Positions 18,897-28,233 of a stretch of 59,030 bases of DNA are shown here, one piece after another (the stretch's first letter is position 1; each line of letters starts with the position of its first letter). The stretch covers positions 1 to 59,030 of the forward strand of contig JAUWGS010000012.1 in assembly GCA_030606285.1 (NCBI GenBank), in the 5' to 3' direction. The translations under genes and the position numbers were made by a program. This stretch comes from Planctomycetales bacterium (lineage in GTDB: Bacteria; 4484-113). The notes under the pieces were generated by a model, which saw only the letters and a list, made by a program, of their open reading frames with translations, ran no database searches and was not told the DNA's origin.

Positions 18897-19154
18897 GTGT
18901 ATACGAATATGGAATGGTGGGCCGCCATAAGGCACATTGTGTTGGTTGAGGGAGTCAGCAAGCGGCAGGTGCTAGCTGAGACGGGAATTCACTGGCAGGC
19001 ACTTGAGAAGATCCTGGCATACAACGAGCCACCTGGGTGCCGGCTTGGGAAGAAACGGCGCAGGCACACCGAGCGCAGATCCCGTCAAGTGCCCATAGCG
19101 GTCCTCGCAGTCCAACCCCGAATACTACATGATAAACGACAAGCGAAGCATTAA
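18897..19154 (+). mobile_element. IS21-family transposase (IstA) N-terminal HTH fragment, truncated remnant
   Basis: MEWWAAIRHIVLVEGVSKRQVLAETGIHWQALEKIL matches the IstA N-terminal pattern (I..L...EG.S.R.IA...G.....V.K.L); ORF ends after 85 aa, no catalytic domain. Confidence 0.5.
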
Positions 19155-19194
19155 TCTCGATATGCTCCTGACAACACTACAGATCTCAATAGAC

Positions 19195-19420
19195 CTGCCC
19201 CATCTGGGGCGGATCGAGGTCGCGGCGAGCTTCGCAGATTTCGCGGCGGGGGGTAAACGCGCCTAGGCGCACAAGACCCCGCCCTACAAGAGGTGCGGCA
19301 CGCTTCGGCTTCGCTCTCTTCGAGCCTGAGCCTCAGAGCCGAAGGCAGCGTCTACGACAGAGACCGCACCCCGCCATAGGCGGGCAAGCCTACAGCGCAG
19401 TTTTCAGCCCGCACGGGGCT
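19195..19420. repeat. Hairpin-CTACAR repeat cluster
   Basis: gcgcctaggcgc+acaagaccccgccctacaag; ccgccataggcgg+gcaagcctacagcg. Confidence 0.45.
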
Positions 19421-19431
19421 TAGAGGATGCT

Positions 19432-19626
19432 TCAGGTGCTGGGAGTGCAGGAACTGACGGTGCAGCTTTCGCAGGCTTTGGAGCCGCCCGCGGTCATAGA
19501 GAATATGGGCATGAGCTTGCCGCCGCATTTTTCGCAGGACTCGTCCGGGTCATCCCTGCCGGAAAAGCTCACCAGCAGCTCGACGACCTCGCCGCAGTCA
19601 TTGCATTTGTATTCGTATAGCGGCAT
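19432..19626 (-). CDS. FmdB-family zinc-ribbon protein
   Basis: MPLYEYKCNDCGEVVE...CEKCGG, canonical FmdB CxxC...CxxC. Confidence 0.7.
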   Translation of the reverse strand: MPLYEYKCNDCGEVVELLVSFSGRDDPDESCEKCGGKLMPIFSMTAGGSKACESCTVSSCTPST

Positions 19627-19687
19627 ACGTTAGCTGTTGCCCGCTCAAACGGAATACCCCGCCGGTGCGCCGGCTATCGCAGTGGGG

Positions 19688-20428
19688 CTATTCGCTGTCT
19701 TCCGCTTCTTCGGTTTCAGCAGCAGGCTCGGCGGGTTCGGCCTCCCCGGCGGATTCGCCATCCTCCGGCTCCAGGACCTCAGCCACTGCTTCGTCCAGCG
19801 GAACCGTGAGCGGCTCGGTGCTCGGCGGCAGCTCGTCCGGCTCGGCTTCGGAGTACCAGTTGGGGAACGCCTCTTTGGCGCTTTCCTGTATCAGCGACTC
19901 GTAGTAGTAGATTTCTTCTTCCGTGCGCGGGAGCCAGTCGCTGCGCTCGCCGGTCACCATGTTTACGTAATAGGAGTACTTCACGCGGCGCTTCTTCTTG
20001 CCCGCCGGGCCGGTGCGCTTGTACTTCTTCACGAGCTTGTAGGTCATCCCGTCAATGCCGAAGTAGTAGTTGCCGTCGATGAAGGGGATCACCTTCCCCC
20101 ACACGCGGACGAAACCCTCTAGCTCCTCTCCTCGGAAGATTATCTTGATGCGCTCGTACTGCACCGGCGCGGGATACCATATCTGCCCCAGCGAGTCGAA
20201 GAGCACCGCGCGGCCCTCGGATTCTCCCACCCAGTACTCGAAGAACTGGTCGCCCACAATGCTGATCGGATAGACCTTCGTGTACAGGTAAAAGCCGTTG
20301 TCCATCCGCACGGTGCCCCAGACGAAGGAGTCGTCGTCGCGCGCGAACGCCACGCCTGCAAGCGCCAGGACAATGGACGCGGCCAGCACAACCGCTAAAA
20401 ACACTCCGGTGATTTTCCTTGTAATCAT
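19688..20428 (-). CDS. Hypothetical membrane-anchored/secreted protein with acidic E/A/P-rich C-terminal tail
   Basis: 246 aa; N-terminal signal anchor; tail ...EPEDGESAGEAEPAEPAAETEEAEDSE. Confidence 0.5.
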   Translation of the reverse strand: MITRKITGVFLAVVLAASIVLALAGVAFARDDDSFVWGTVRMDNGFYLYTKVYPISIVGDQFFEYWVGESEGRAVLFDSLGQIWYPAPVQYERIKIIFRGEELEGFVRVWGKVIPFIDGNYYFGIDGMTYKLVKKYKRTGPAGKKKRRVKYSYYVNMVTGERSDWLPRTEEEIYYYESLIQESAKEAFPNWYSEAEPDELPPSTEPLTVPLDEAVAEVLEPEDGESAGEAEPAEPAAETEEAEDSE

Positions 20429-20500
20429 CGCTTTATCACTTCCGGCACGGGTTGAATCACCTTATTATACCACCGGTGACAGTGTCTCATTTCAGTTCCT

Positions 20501-21406
20501 GTGCGGCCCGCGCGTGATATAATCGCGGAAGTGGCGGAGCACCTGCAGCGGGTAGTCATCATCACCGGAATGAGCGGAGCCGGCAAGTCGACCGCGCTAC
20601 GCTGCTTCGAGGATATGGGCTACCTGTGCGTCGACAACATCCCGCCGCAGATCATCGAGACGTTTTTGAAGCTGCTGGGCCAGTCGGAGACCAGCCCGTC
20701 GCAGGTGGCGTTCGTCTGCGACATCCGCAGCGGCGCGCTGTTCGACGATTTCCACCGGGTCTGGGGCGAACTTTCGGATATGGGCGTGTCGCCACGCGTG
20801 ATTTTCCTGGATTCGGACAACGCAACGCTGGTGCGCCGCTACAAAGAGCTTCGGCGCCAGCATCCGCTCACCCAGGGCGGGATATCCAACGAGGCAGCCA
20901 TCACCAGCGAGCGCGAGCGGCTGGATCTGCTGAAAGAGCAGGCCACCGAGGTCATCGACACAACAAACCTGACGTCGCGCCAGCTAACCGACGCGTTGCG
21001 GGAGCTTTTCGTCGCCGGCGACCAGATGAGCTATGCGTCCCTCACGCTCGTGTCGTTCGGCTACAAGTACGGCGTGCCCACGGACGCCGACTTCATCTTC
21101 GACCTGCGCTTCCTGCCCAACCCGTTTTACGTGGAGGAGCTGAAGGAGCTTACAGGGCGTGACCAGGCGGTGTACGACTTCGTGATGAAGGACGAGCGCG
21201 CGGTGTGGGCGGGCGAGCGCATTTTAGAGCTGATTGAGGGCACGCTGCCGGGATTTGAGGCGGTGCAGAAGTTCAATTTGCTGGTGGCGCTGGGCTGCAC
21301 CGGCGGGAAGCACCGGAGCGTCACGCTGGTGAACTGGCTCAAAGAGCGCTTTGAAGAGCGCGACCGCCGCGTGCTGGTCATCCACCGGGATGTGGAGAAG
21401 CTGTAG
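20501..21406 (+). CDS. rapZ: RNase adapter protein RapZ (YvcJ/UPF0042 P-loop protein)
   Basis: VVIITGMSGAGKSTALRCFEDMGYLCVDNIP matches the RapZ N-terminus; true start may be GTG at 20531. Confidence 0.85.
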   Translation: MRPARDIIAEVAEHLQRVVIITGMSGAGKSTALRCFEDMGYLCVDNIPPQIIETFLKLLGQSETSPSQVAFVCDIRSGALFDDFHRVWGELSDMGVSPRVIFLDSDNATLVRRYKELRRQHPLTQGGISNEAAITSERERLDLLKEQATEVIDTTNLTSRQLTDALRELFVAGDQMSYASLTLVSFGYKYGVPTDADFIFDLRFLPNPFYVEELKELTGRDQAVYDFVMKDERAVWAGERILELIEGTLPGFEAVQKFNLLVALGCTGGKHRSVTLVNWLKERFEERDRRVLVIHRDVEKL

Positions 21407-21455
21407 GGAAGCCGAGGACGATCATCCCTGACGCCCGCTCTGGTATCATCATCGC

Positions 21456-22313
21456 GTGCGCTTTGTGGTGGGGACAAGCGGGTATGACTATCCGGAATGG
21501 GTTGGCGAGGACAGATTTTATCCCGCGAGTCTGGCGCACGACCGCAAGAGCTTCCTCACCTACTACTCTTCGCAGTTCCCGCTGGTGGAGCTCAACTTCA
21601 CGTATTACGGACATACCAATCCGGCTCAGATCGAGGGGATGCTCAAGAGGGTGCGGCCGGAAGCGGAGCTACACGTGCTGGAGGGCGCGTTTGCGCCACG
21701 CGAGGATTTTTCGTTCGCGGTCAAGGCCTACCGGGAGCTGACGCACGAAGTGTCGCGCGAATACGCGGAAGTTTCACGGAAGTTTCTGGCGGACATCGCG
21801 CCGCTAAACGATGCGGGTAAGCTAACAGCGGTGGTCTTCCAGTTTCCGCCGTCATTTCGCCCGGGCGCGGAGACCGCGAAGTATCTGGGATCGCTGGCGG
21901 ACGCTTTTACGGACTACCCCAAGGCGTTTGAGTTTCGCAACTCCGCGTGGTTCAGCGAGCAGGTCGCGGAGCAACTGGGCAAGTATCGGGTGCCGCTTTG
22001 CTGGGTGGATGCGCCTGAAACGTCGCACCTGCCGCGCCATTTCTTCCCGCTCACGGGCGATTTTGCCTATGCGCGGTTCCACGGGCGCAACGAAGACCAC
22101 TGGTGGGCCAAGGCGGATACACCGGACGAGGAAGCGAAACAGGCGCGTTACCACTACCGGTATGCGAGCAACGAGCTTGAGGAGCTGGCGAAGGCCATTG
22201 GCGAGACGGGCGCGCCGAAGGCGTTCTTGCTGTTCAACAACCACGTGGAGACCCACGCCGTCCGCAACGCCCGCAACCTGCAGGAGATACTGGATCGGCT
22301 GTTTGGGGAGTAG
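21456..22313 (+). CDS. DUF72 (YecE-like) family protein
   Basis: VGTSGYDYPEWVG..FYP and LVELNFTYYG signature of DUF72. Confidence 0.8.
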   Translation: MRFVVGTSGYDYPEWVGEDRFYPASLAHDRKSFLTYYSSQFPLVELNFTYYGHTNPAQIEGMLKRVRPEAELHVLEGAFAPREDFSFAVKAYRELTHEVSREYAEVSRKFLADIAPLNDAGKLTAVVFQFPPSFRPGAETAKYLGSLADAFTDYPKAFEFRNSAWFSEQVAEQLGKYRVPLCWVDAPETSHLPRHFFPLTGDFAYARFHGRNEDHWWAKADTPDEEAKQARYHYRYASNELEELAKAIGETGAPKAFLLFNNHVETHAVRNARNLQEILDRLFGE

Positions 22314-22329
22314 GTTTATCTAACCGCTG

Positions 22330-23553
22330 TTGCATATAATGCACCGTTGCTTATTGACACAACACACGCATATATGCAACAATACCCTTGTGACGTGCGA
22401 TCGTGAACTTGTGGATAGCTTCCTCCGAGCGCTGCAGGAATTTGACAGAGGCTGGCTGGCAGTGCGCCGCGCAAAAGCAGGCGCGATGACGCTCGATGCT
22501 GGAAAGGGGAAGTTCTGGGATCAGGCAGAGGTTGATACGAAGCTTGACGTTGACCTTGCTGAACGTGTGCATGCTGATATCGTCGTCTCTATCAGAGTTG
22601 ATGGTCGCAGGACGGAGTTCGTCGGTGAGGTCTTGCCATACTTGTCTCCCGGATATGTGCCACAGGTCAAAGAACGGGTCCGCAGACTGGCCGCAACCGC
22701 CCATGCTACTGGTGCAGTGCTAGAGCCTCCTCAGCTGCTTGTCATAGTGGGATACACGAGCCAGGCGACACGTGAGGAACTGCGGAACCACGACATATCT
22801 TACTTCGACAGCGCAGGAAGCCTGTATTTGCGAGGTGACAACTTCGTTGTCGAAAGCTTAGGAAAGGACTTCCCTCCTCGATTCCGACGGCAAGACGGCG
22901 GCTCTCTCCGATTGGACTCCCCAAAGGTCAGCCGTATTGTACGGGCTGTGCTTGCGGGCTTTAGCGGCGGAGTGCGGAACATGGCGTCAGCCATAGGAGT
23001 GGATCCGAGCTACGTGAGTAGGATACTTCGCAGCCTTACAACTGCGGGCTTCGTCAAGCGCAAGTACGGCGGCTCAATCATGGATGTAACCTACACCCTA
23101 GACGGTGAAACTCGCGGAGAGCTTCTTGACGTCTGGACCTCCTCGCCGAGGCCGTTCTGGCGTAAGCGCGAGCTGTACCGCCTTCCCGAACCGGAACCGG
23201 ATACACTCGAACGCAAGCTTGAAGCGCTCTGCAGAGAGACAGGGCTCCGCTATGCGCTCTCGCTCTGGGGCGCTGCCAATCGATATGCAGAAGTTACGAC
23301 AGTGCCGGCCGTAGCTATGTACTGTGACGAGCCCTGGCGGCTTCCACTTAACACTCTAGGCGCAAAATCCGTCGGCGAGAAGGAGAATTTCTGGCTGCTG
23401 ACTCCACGGGACGTGGGTGTCTTTCAGTTCGCACAGGAGAGAAACGGGATGGCTACTGTCCATCCAGTCCAACTCTATTATGACCTGATGCATGCACCAC
23501 ATAGGGGAAAGGCAACGGCTGAGATGTTTCGGGAGATAGTTCTTGGATATTGA
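22330..23553 (+). CDS. Hypothetical protein with internal winged-HTH segment; candidate antitoxin/regulator partner (AbiEi-like) of the downstream nucleotidyltransferase
   Basis: RIVRAVLAGFSGGVRNMASAIGVDPSYVSRILRSLTTAGFVKRK looks like a wHTH; 11-nt overlap with next gene; low-GC islet; true start probably internal. Confidence 0.35.
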   Translation: MHIMHRCLLTQHTHICNNTLVTCDRELVDSFLRALQEFDRGWLAVRRAKAGAMTLDAGKGKFWDQAEVDTKLDVDLAERVHADIVVSIRVDGRRTEFVGEVLPYLSPGYVPQVKERVRRLAATAHATGAVLEPPQLLVIVGYTSQATREELRNHDISYFDSAGSLYLRGDNFVVESLGKDFPPRFRRQDGGSLRLDSPKVSRIVRAVLAGFSGGVRNMASAIGVDPSYVSRILRSLTTAGFVKRKYGGSIMDVTYTLDGETRGELLDVWTSSPRPFWRKRELYRLPEPEPDTLERKLEALCRETGLRYALSLWGAANRYAEVTTVPAVAMYCDEPWRLPLNTLGAKSVGEKENFWLLTPRDVGVFQFAQERNGMATVHPVQLYYDLMHAPHRGKATAEMFREIVLGY

Positions 23554-24241
23554 CACCCAAATTAAGGAGCATTTCCGCAGGATCACCGCACTGGCTCATG
23601 CCCTGCAGCCTATTACTGAAAAGGTAGTCGTTGTAGGCGCGTCTGCCGTATTGCTACACTGGCTGCACACTCGGAAAGGCCAACCACTGATGTACGTCGA
23701 GGCAAGGCCGACTACTGACATTGATATAGCAGTCCAGTCTCCCGATCTTGCTCGTGAGCTCGTTTCAGAGCACAAGGAGCTTGTTCTACAAGCCCTATGC
23801 CCGCTGTCAGCAGATGACGGCAGACGTGGCGTGGGCTTCCTCCCACACATCAAGTTCGCATTTGAAGACTTCATTACCGTGAGACTGAAAGATGAGCTGA
23901 CGATTAGAGCCGCTGGCGCGGTTGCACTATATGTTCTGAAACTCGAGGCTATTACCAAGCCGTATCGCGCGAAGAAGGATTCAGATATGCGCGACCTGTA
24001 CTTCTTACTTAACCTATACGGAGAAGAGCCGTTAGCTACTATGTGCCTGTCCTTCGCCGGACGCAACGAGGTAATATCATCGCTGCGCAGACTCAAAAAA
24101 CTGCTTGCCCATGAGCTCGCTCCCGGCTACAAGCTGCTATTTGAGGAAATGAACCTCCCGTTCCCAAGCGAAACGTGGGTTATTGCTAGGTTTGACAGGT
24201 TCTTCTACGAGCTGACGCAGGCCGGCTTCAGCCTGGAATAG
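23543..24241 (+). CDS. Putative Pol-beta-type nucleotidyltransferase (AbiEii/AbiGii-like toxin candidate)
   Basis: VVVGASAVLLHW...TTDIDIAV resembles the GS...DxD nucleotidyltransferase motif; overlapping two-gene arrangement; low GC. Confidence 0.4.
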   Translation: MDIDTQIKEHFRRITALAHALQPITEKVVVVGASAVLLHWLHTRKGQPLMYVEARPTTDIDIAVQSPDLARELVSEHKELVLQALCPLSADDGRRGVGFLPHIKFAFEDFITVRLKDELTIRAAGAVALYVLKLEAITKPYRAKKDSDMRDLYFLLNLYGEEPLATMCLSFAGRNEVISSLRRLKKLLAHELAPGYKLLFEEMNLPFPSETWVIARFDRFFYELTQAGFSLE

Positions 24242-24266
24242 CACCATACAGAACTCTTGCCCGCCC

Positions 24267-25853
24267 CTACCGCTTAAATCCCGCGGCGATGACTTCGGGT
24301 GAGACGTTGGCCTCGTACTTTTTAAAGTTGTCCTCGAACAGGCCCCTGAGTTCCCGCGCTTTTACGTCGTAAGCGTCCTTGTCCTCCCAGGTGTTGCGCG
24401 GGAAAAGCAGGTTCGCGTCGGCGCCAGGGCATTCCGTCGGCACGCTCAGCCCGAAGGCGGGGTCATCTTCGTACTTCACGTTGTCGAGGTCGCCTTCAAC
24501 AGCCGCATTGAGCAGGCTGCGTGTCAGGTGAATCGGCATACGCTCACCCACGCCGTAAGAGCCGCCGCTCCAGCCGGTGTTGACCAGCCAGAAGTTGTTT
24601 CCGTGCTTGGCGGCGCGCTCCATCAGCATATCCGCGTATACGCCGGGATGCCGGGGCAGGAACGGCAGGCCGAAGCAAGCGCTAAATGTCGCCTGCGGCT
24701 CGTTAATCCCACGCTCGGTTCCCGCGAGCTTCGCCGTGTAGCCGCTGATGAACTGGTACGCAGCCTGCTGCGGGTTCAGCCGGGCCAAAGGCGGCAGCAG
24801 ACCGAAAGCGTCGGCGGTGAGGAACACCACGTTCTTCGGATGGTCGCCGTAGGCGGATATTTCGACGTTGTCTATATACTCCAGGGGATAGGTGCCGCGC
24901 GTGTTCTCGGTGATGGTGCTGTCAAAGTAGTCGGGATTGCGTCGGTCGTCCACCATCACGTTTTCCAGCACCGAGCCGAATCGCAGCGCGTTGTAGATCT
25001 GCGGCTCAGTCTCCAGTGAGATACGGATGCACTTAGCGTAGCAGCCGCCCTCAAAGTTGAAAATGCCGTCCGGGCCCCAGCCGTGCTCGTCGTCACCGAT
25101 AAGCCGACGGTTGGGGTCGGCGGAAAGACTCGTCTTGCCGGTGCCGGACAAGCCAAAGAACAGCGCCGTATCGCCTTTGCTCCCCACGTTCGCGGAGCAG
25201 TGCATTGGCAGCACGCCCCGGTCTGGCATCAGGAAATTAAGGACGGTGAACATCCCTTTCTTGATTTCGCCGGCGTAAGCGCTGCCCGCAATCAGAATCA
25301 TCTTGCGCGAGAAGCTCAACATAACGCCAACTTCGCCGCCGGTGCCGTCCTTCTCAGGATCGAGCACGAGTTCCGGCGCTGCGAGAACTATGAACTTCGG
25401 ATCATGATGCTCCAGGTCTTCCGGCGTGGGGCGGCGGAACTGAGTCTGCGAGAACTGAGCGTGCCACGCCTTCTCCGCGATTACACGGATGGGCATCTTG
25501 AGTTTCGGATCCGCCAGCACAAAGCCGTCAAAGATGTAAAGATCGCGGTCTCGGTAGTGGTTGAGGATCTTCTGATAAAGGCTCTCGAATGCCTCAGGTG
25601 TCGTCTCCTGGTTGGGTCCCCCCCACCAGACGCCTTCCTCGCTGGCCGGCTCACGAACGGTGAACTTGGCCTTGGGCGAACGGCCGGTGCCACGCGAACC
25701 CGTCCGCACGATTAGACCGCCGTTGCTGGCAAGAAAACCCTCCTCGCGCGCCAGCGCGTGCTCCACGAGCTCGGGCACTGTGAGGTTCCGGTGAACATTC
25801 CCGCTCGTTTCGATGCCGATGGACTTCAGGATATCTTTAGGATTGTCAGACAC
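24267..25853 (-). CDS. pckA: Phosphoenolpyruvate carboxykinase (ATP)
   Basis: 528 aa; FGLSGTGKTSLSADPNRRLIGDDEHGW kinase-1a/ATP loop; full-length collinear with PckA. Confidence 0.9.
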   Translation of the reverse strand: MSDNPKDILKSIGIETSGNVHRNLTVPELVEHALAREEGFLASNGGLIVRTGSRGTGRSPKAKFTVREPASEEGVWWGGPNQETTPEAFESLYQKILNHYRDRDLYIFDGFVLADPKLKMPIRVIAEKAWHAQFSQTQFRRPTPEDLEHHDPKFIVLAAPELVLDPEKDGTGGEVGVMLSFSRKMILIAGSAYAGEIKKGMFTVLNFLMPDRGVLPMHCSANVGSKGDTALFFGLSGTGKTSLSADPNRRLIGDDEHGWGPDGIFNFEGGCYAKCIRISLETEPQIYNALRFGSVLENVMVDDRRNPDYFDSTITENTRGTYPLEYIDNVEISAYGDHPKNVVFLTADAFGLLPPLARLNPQQAAYQFISGYTAKLAGTERGINEPQATFSACFGLPFLPRHPGVYADMLMERAAKHGNNFWLVNTGWSGGSYGVGERMPIHLTRSLLNAAVEGDLDNVKYEDDPAFGLSVPTECPGADANLLFPRNTWEDKDAYDVKARELRGLFEDNFKKYEANVSPEVIAAGFKR

Positions 25854-25995
25854 GCTAAATACCTCCTAACAGGCTATGAAAAACTCCGGATTTGATATTG
25901 CGCAATACACGTATCGTGGTTTTTCCCACAGATGAGCGAGTAAGGGTAGTCCAGGAAGCGCTCTGAGTCAATATCGGGGATTCACGGGAGCGAGG

Positions 25996-27159
25996 CTACT
26001 TCTTGCGGGCAAACGTCTCTGGCGGCAGCGTCTTGCGCGCAATGACCATCCGGAGTATCTCGTTTGTGCCCTCGTATATCTGGGTCACCTTTGCCTCGCG
26101 GAAGAAACGCTCGGCGTCGAAATCGGTGATATAGCCGTAGCCGCCGTGAATCTGGACGGCTTTGTCGGTGACCCAGCGGCACGAGTCGGAGGCGAAGGTC
26201 TTTGCTATCGCCGCTTCGGCAGTGTGCTCCTGCCCCTGTTCCCGCATCCACGCCGCGTGCCAGGTAAGCAGGCGCGACGCTTCAACGCGCGTCCGCATTT
26301 CAGCAATGAAATTGTAGACCAGGTCGAAGCCGCCGATCTTGCGTCCGAACTGCTCGCGCTCGCTCGCATACTGCACGGTGGCTTCCAGCGCCCCCTGGGA
26401 GATGCCGGTGGCCTGCGCCGCAATGCCGATGCGCGAGTCATCAAGCGCGTTTAGCGCAATGTGCATCCCCTGCCCTTCCCCGCCCAGGAGGTTTTCGCCG
26501 GGCACCTCACAGTTGCTGAATATCATCTCGCAGGTGTCGGACGAGTTGAGGCCCATCTTACTCTCGCGCTTGCCGATCTTCAGGCCGGGATAGTCGCGCT
26601 CAACCAGGAACGCGGAAATGCCGCGCGCGCCGGCAGCCGGATCGGTTTTCGCCATCACGACGAAGACGGAGGCAATCTCGGCGTTGGTGATGAACACCTT
26701 TTGACCGTTGAGCAGATACTTTCCGTCTTTTTTCACAGCCGTGCTCTGAATCGCCGCAACGTCGCTCCCCGCATTGGGCTCGCTGAGGGCGTATGCCGTG
26801 TAGATGCTGCCATCGGCGATGCGCGGAAGATACTTGTCCTTCTGCGCGTCGGTTCCGAATTTGAGGATGGGCAGGCAGCCCACATTGACGTTTACCGAGA
26901 AAAAAACACCGAACGCGGCGTCCACGCGCGATAGCTCCTCCACAATCAGCGCTTCCGCCACTGCGCCCAGCGGGTTGCCGCCGTACTCTTCGGGTATGGT
27001 GCAGCCGTAGAAGCCCAGCTCGCCCAGCGCTTTCATCTGCTCCGTCGGGCTCGTGTGAGTACGGTCGCGCTCGCCCGCGGTCGGACGAAGCTGCTCTTCG
27101 GCGAAGTCACGCGCGGTTTCGCGCACCATCTGTTGCTCTTCGGTGAGTGTGAAGTCCAC
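25996..27159 (-). CDS. Acyl-CoA dehydrogenase
   Basis: Start revised to GTG 27159 (RBS caggagggg); DFTLTEEQQMVRETARDFAEE, YALSEPNAGSD, C-terminal QIHGGYGY...QIYEGTNEI motifs. Confidence 0.85.
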   Translation of the reverse strand: MDFTLTEEQQMVRETARDFAEEQLRPTAGERDRTHTSPTEQMKALGELGFYGCTIPEEYGGNPLGAVAEALIVEELSRVDAAFGVFFSVNVNVGCLPILKFGTDAQKDKYLPRIADGSIYTAYALSEPNAGSDVAAIQSTAVKKDGKYLLNGQKVFITNAEIASVFVVMAKTDPAAGARGISAFLVERDYPGLKIGKRESKMGLNSSDTCEMIFSNCEVPGENLLGGEGQGMHIALNALDDSRIGIAAQATGISQGALEATVQYASEREQFGRKIGGFDLVYNFIAEMRTRVEASRLLTWHAAWMREQGQEHTAEAAIAKTFASDSCRWVTDKAVQIHGGYGYITDFDAERFFREAKVTQIYEGTNEILRMVIARKTLPPETFARKK

Positions 27160-27273
27160 GATACGCCCCTCCTGACCTAGATGCGAGTGCGTATGATTAT
27201 AGGTGAAAGCCCGTCGCACGCCAAGCCGTCCCATACCCGCGTGTATAATGTTCGCTCACCCCAAGGTGCGCTG

Positions 27274-28230
27274 ATGATCGAAATGACCAAAGCCGAACGG
27301 GTCCGGGCCGCCCTGGCCGGAGAGCCCGTTGACCGCGTGCCATTCAGCCTGTGGTACCACTTCGGGCAGCACTTCCGCGAGGGCGTCTTTCACGCCGAGG
27401 TGGAGCACGCCTTTTTTGAGCGATACGACCTGGACTTCATCAAGGTGATGAACGACTACGACTACCCGCGCCCGGACGAGCTCTACGACATCCGCGAACC
27501 GGAGGACTGGCACCGGCTAAATACGGTGAGCCCGTGGAGTTACGACGGATACAAGCAGGAGCTTGTCGCGCTGCGCGAGCTTTCGCGGAAGCTCGCAGAC
27601 TCGGCGCTTTACATCGACACCATCTTCTCGCCGTGGACGACCGCGCGCAACATCTGCTTCAAGCACTGGCGCAGCCACATGGAGGAGCATCCCGACGACT
27701 TTCTTGCGGGCCTGGACACCATTACGACGAACCTGGAGCGGCTGGTCGCAGCGATGCTGGAGGCCGGAACGAGCGGCATCTTCCTGACCATTGCCGGCGC
27801 AAGCGACAAATACCTGACGGCGGAGGAGTATGAGCGCTTCGGCAAGCCCTTCGACCTGCGCGTGCTGCGGGCGGCGGAAGGCGCGCCGTTCAACGTGCTG
27901 CACGTGCATGGCAGCAACGTTCGGCTGCAGCAGGTGCTGGACTATCCAGTAAGCTGCATCAACTGGGCGGATCGCGATGAGACGAATCCGTCGCTTGCAC
28001 AGGCGCGCGGGATGACGGATCTCACGCTGATGGGAGGCGTGGAGCACTTATCCTTCAAGGAGACTTACCTCGGCGATGTTGAAAGCCAAGTGAAGGACGC
28101 AATCGAGCAGACGGGCGGTCGCAAGCTCATCCTCACGCCGGGGTGTTCGGTGAAGCCCAACACCTACGTGCGCCAGATAGACAATCTGCGCGAAGCGGCG
28201 CACAAGTGGGGACGGATGGGTTCGGAATAG
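27274..28230 (+). CDS. Uroporphyrinogen decarboxylase (URO-D) family protein (MtaA/CmuA-like)
   Basis: MTKAERVRAALAGEPVDRVPFSLW N-terminus typical of URO-D family; start taken at ATG 27274 rather than the longer track ORF that overlaps the ACAD gene. Confidence 0.7.
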   Translation: MIEMTKAERVRAALAGEPVDRVPFSLWYHFGQHFREGVFHAEVEHAFFERYDLDFIKVMNDYDYPRPDELYDIREPEDWHRLNTVSPWSYDGYKQELVALRELSRKLADSALYIDTIFSPWTTARNICFKHWRSHMEEHPDDFLAGLDTITTNLERLVAAMLEAGTSGIFLTIAGASDKYLTAEEYERFGKPFDLRVLRAAEGAPFNVLHVHGSNVRLQQVLDYPVSCINWADRDETNPSLAQARGMTDLTLMGGVEHLSFKETYLGDVESQVKDAIEQTGGRKLILTPGCSVKPNTYVRQIDNLREAAHKWGRMGSE

Positions 28231-28233
28231 CGC

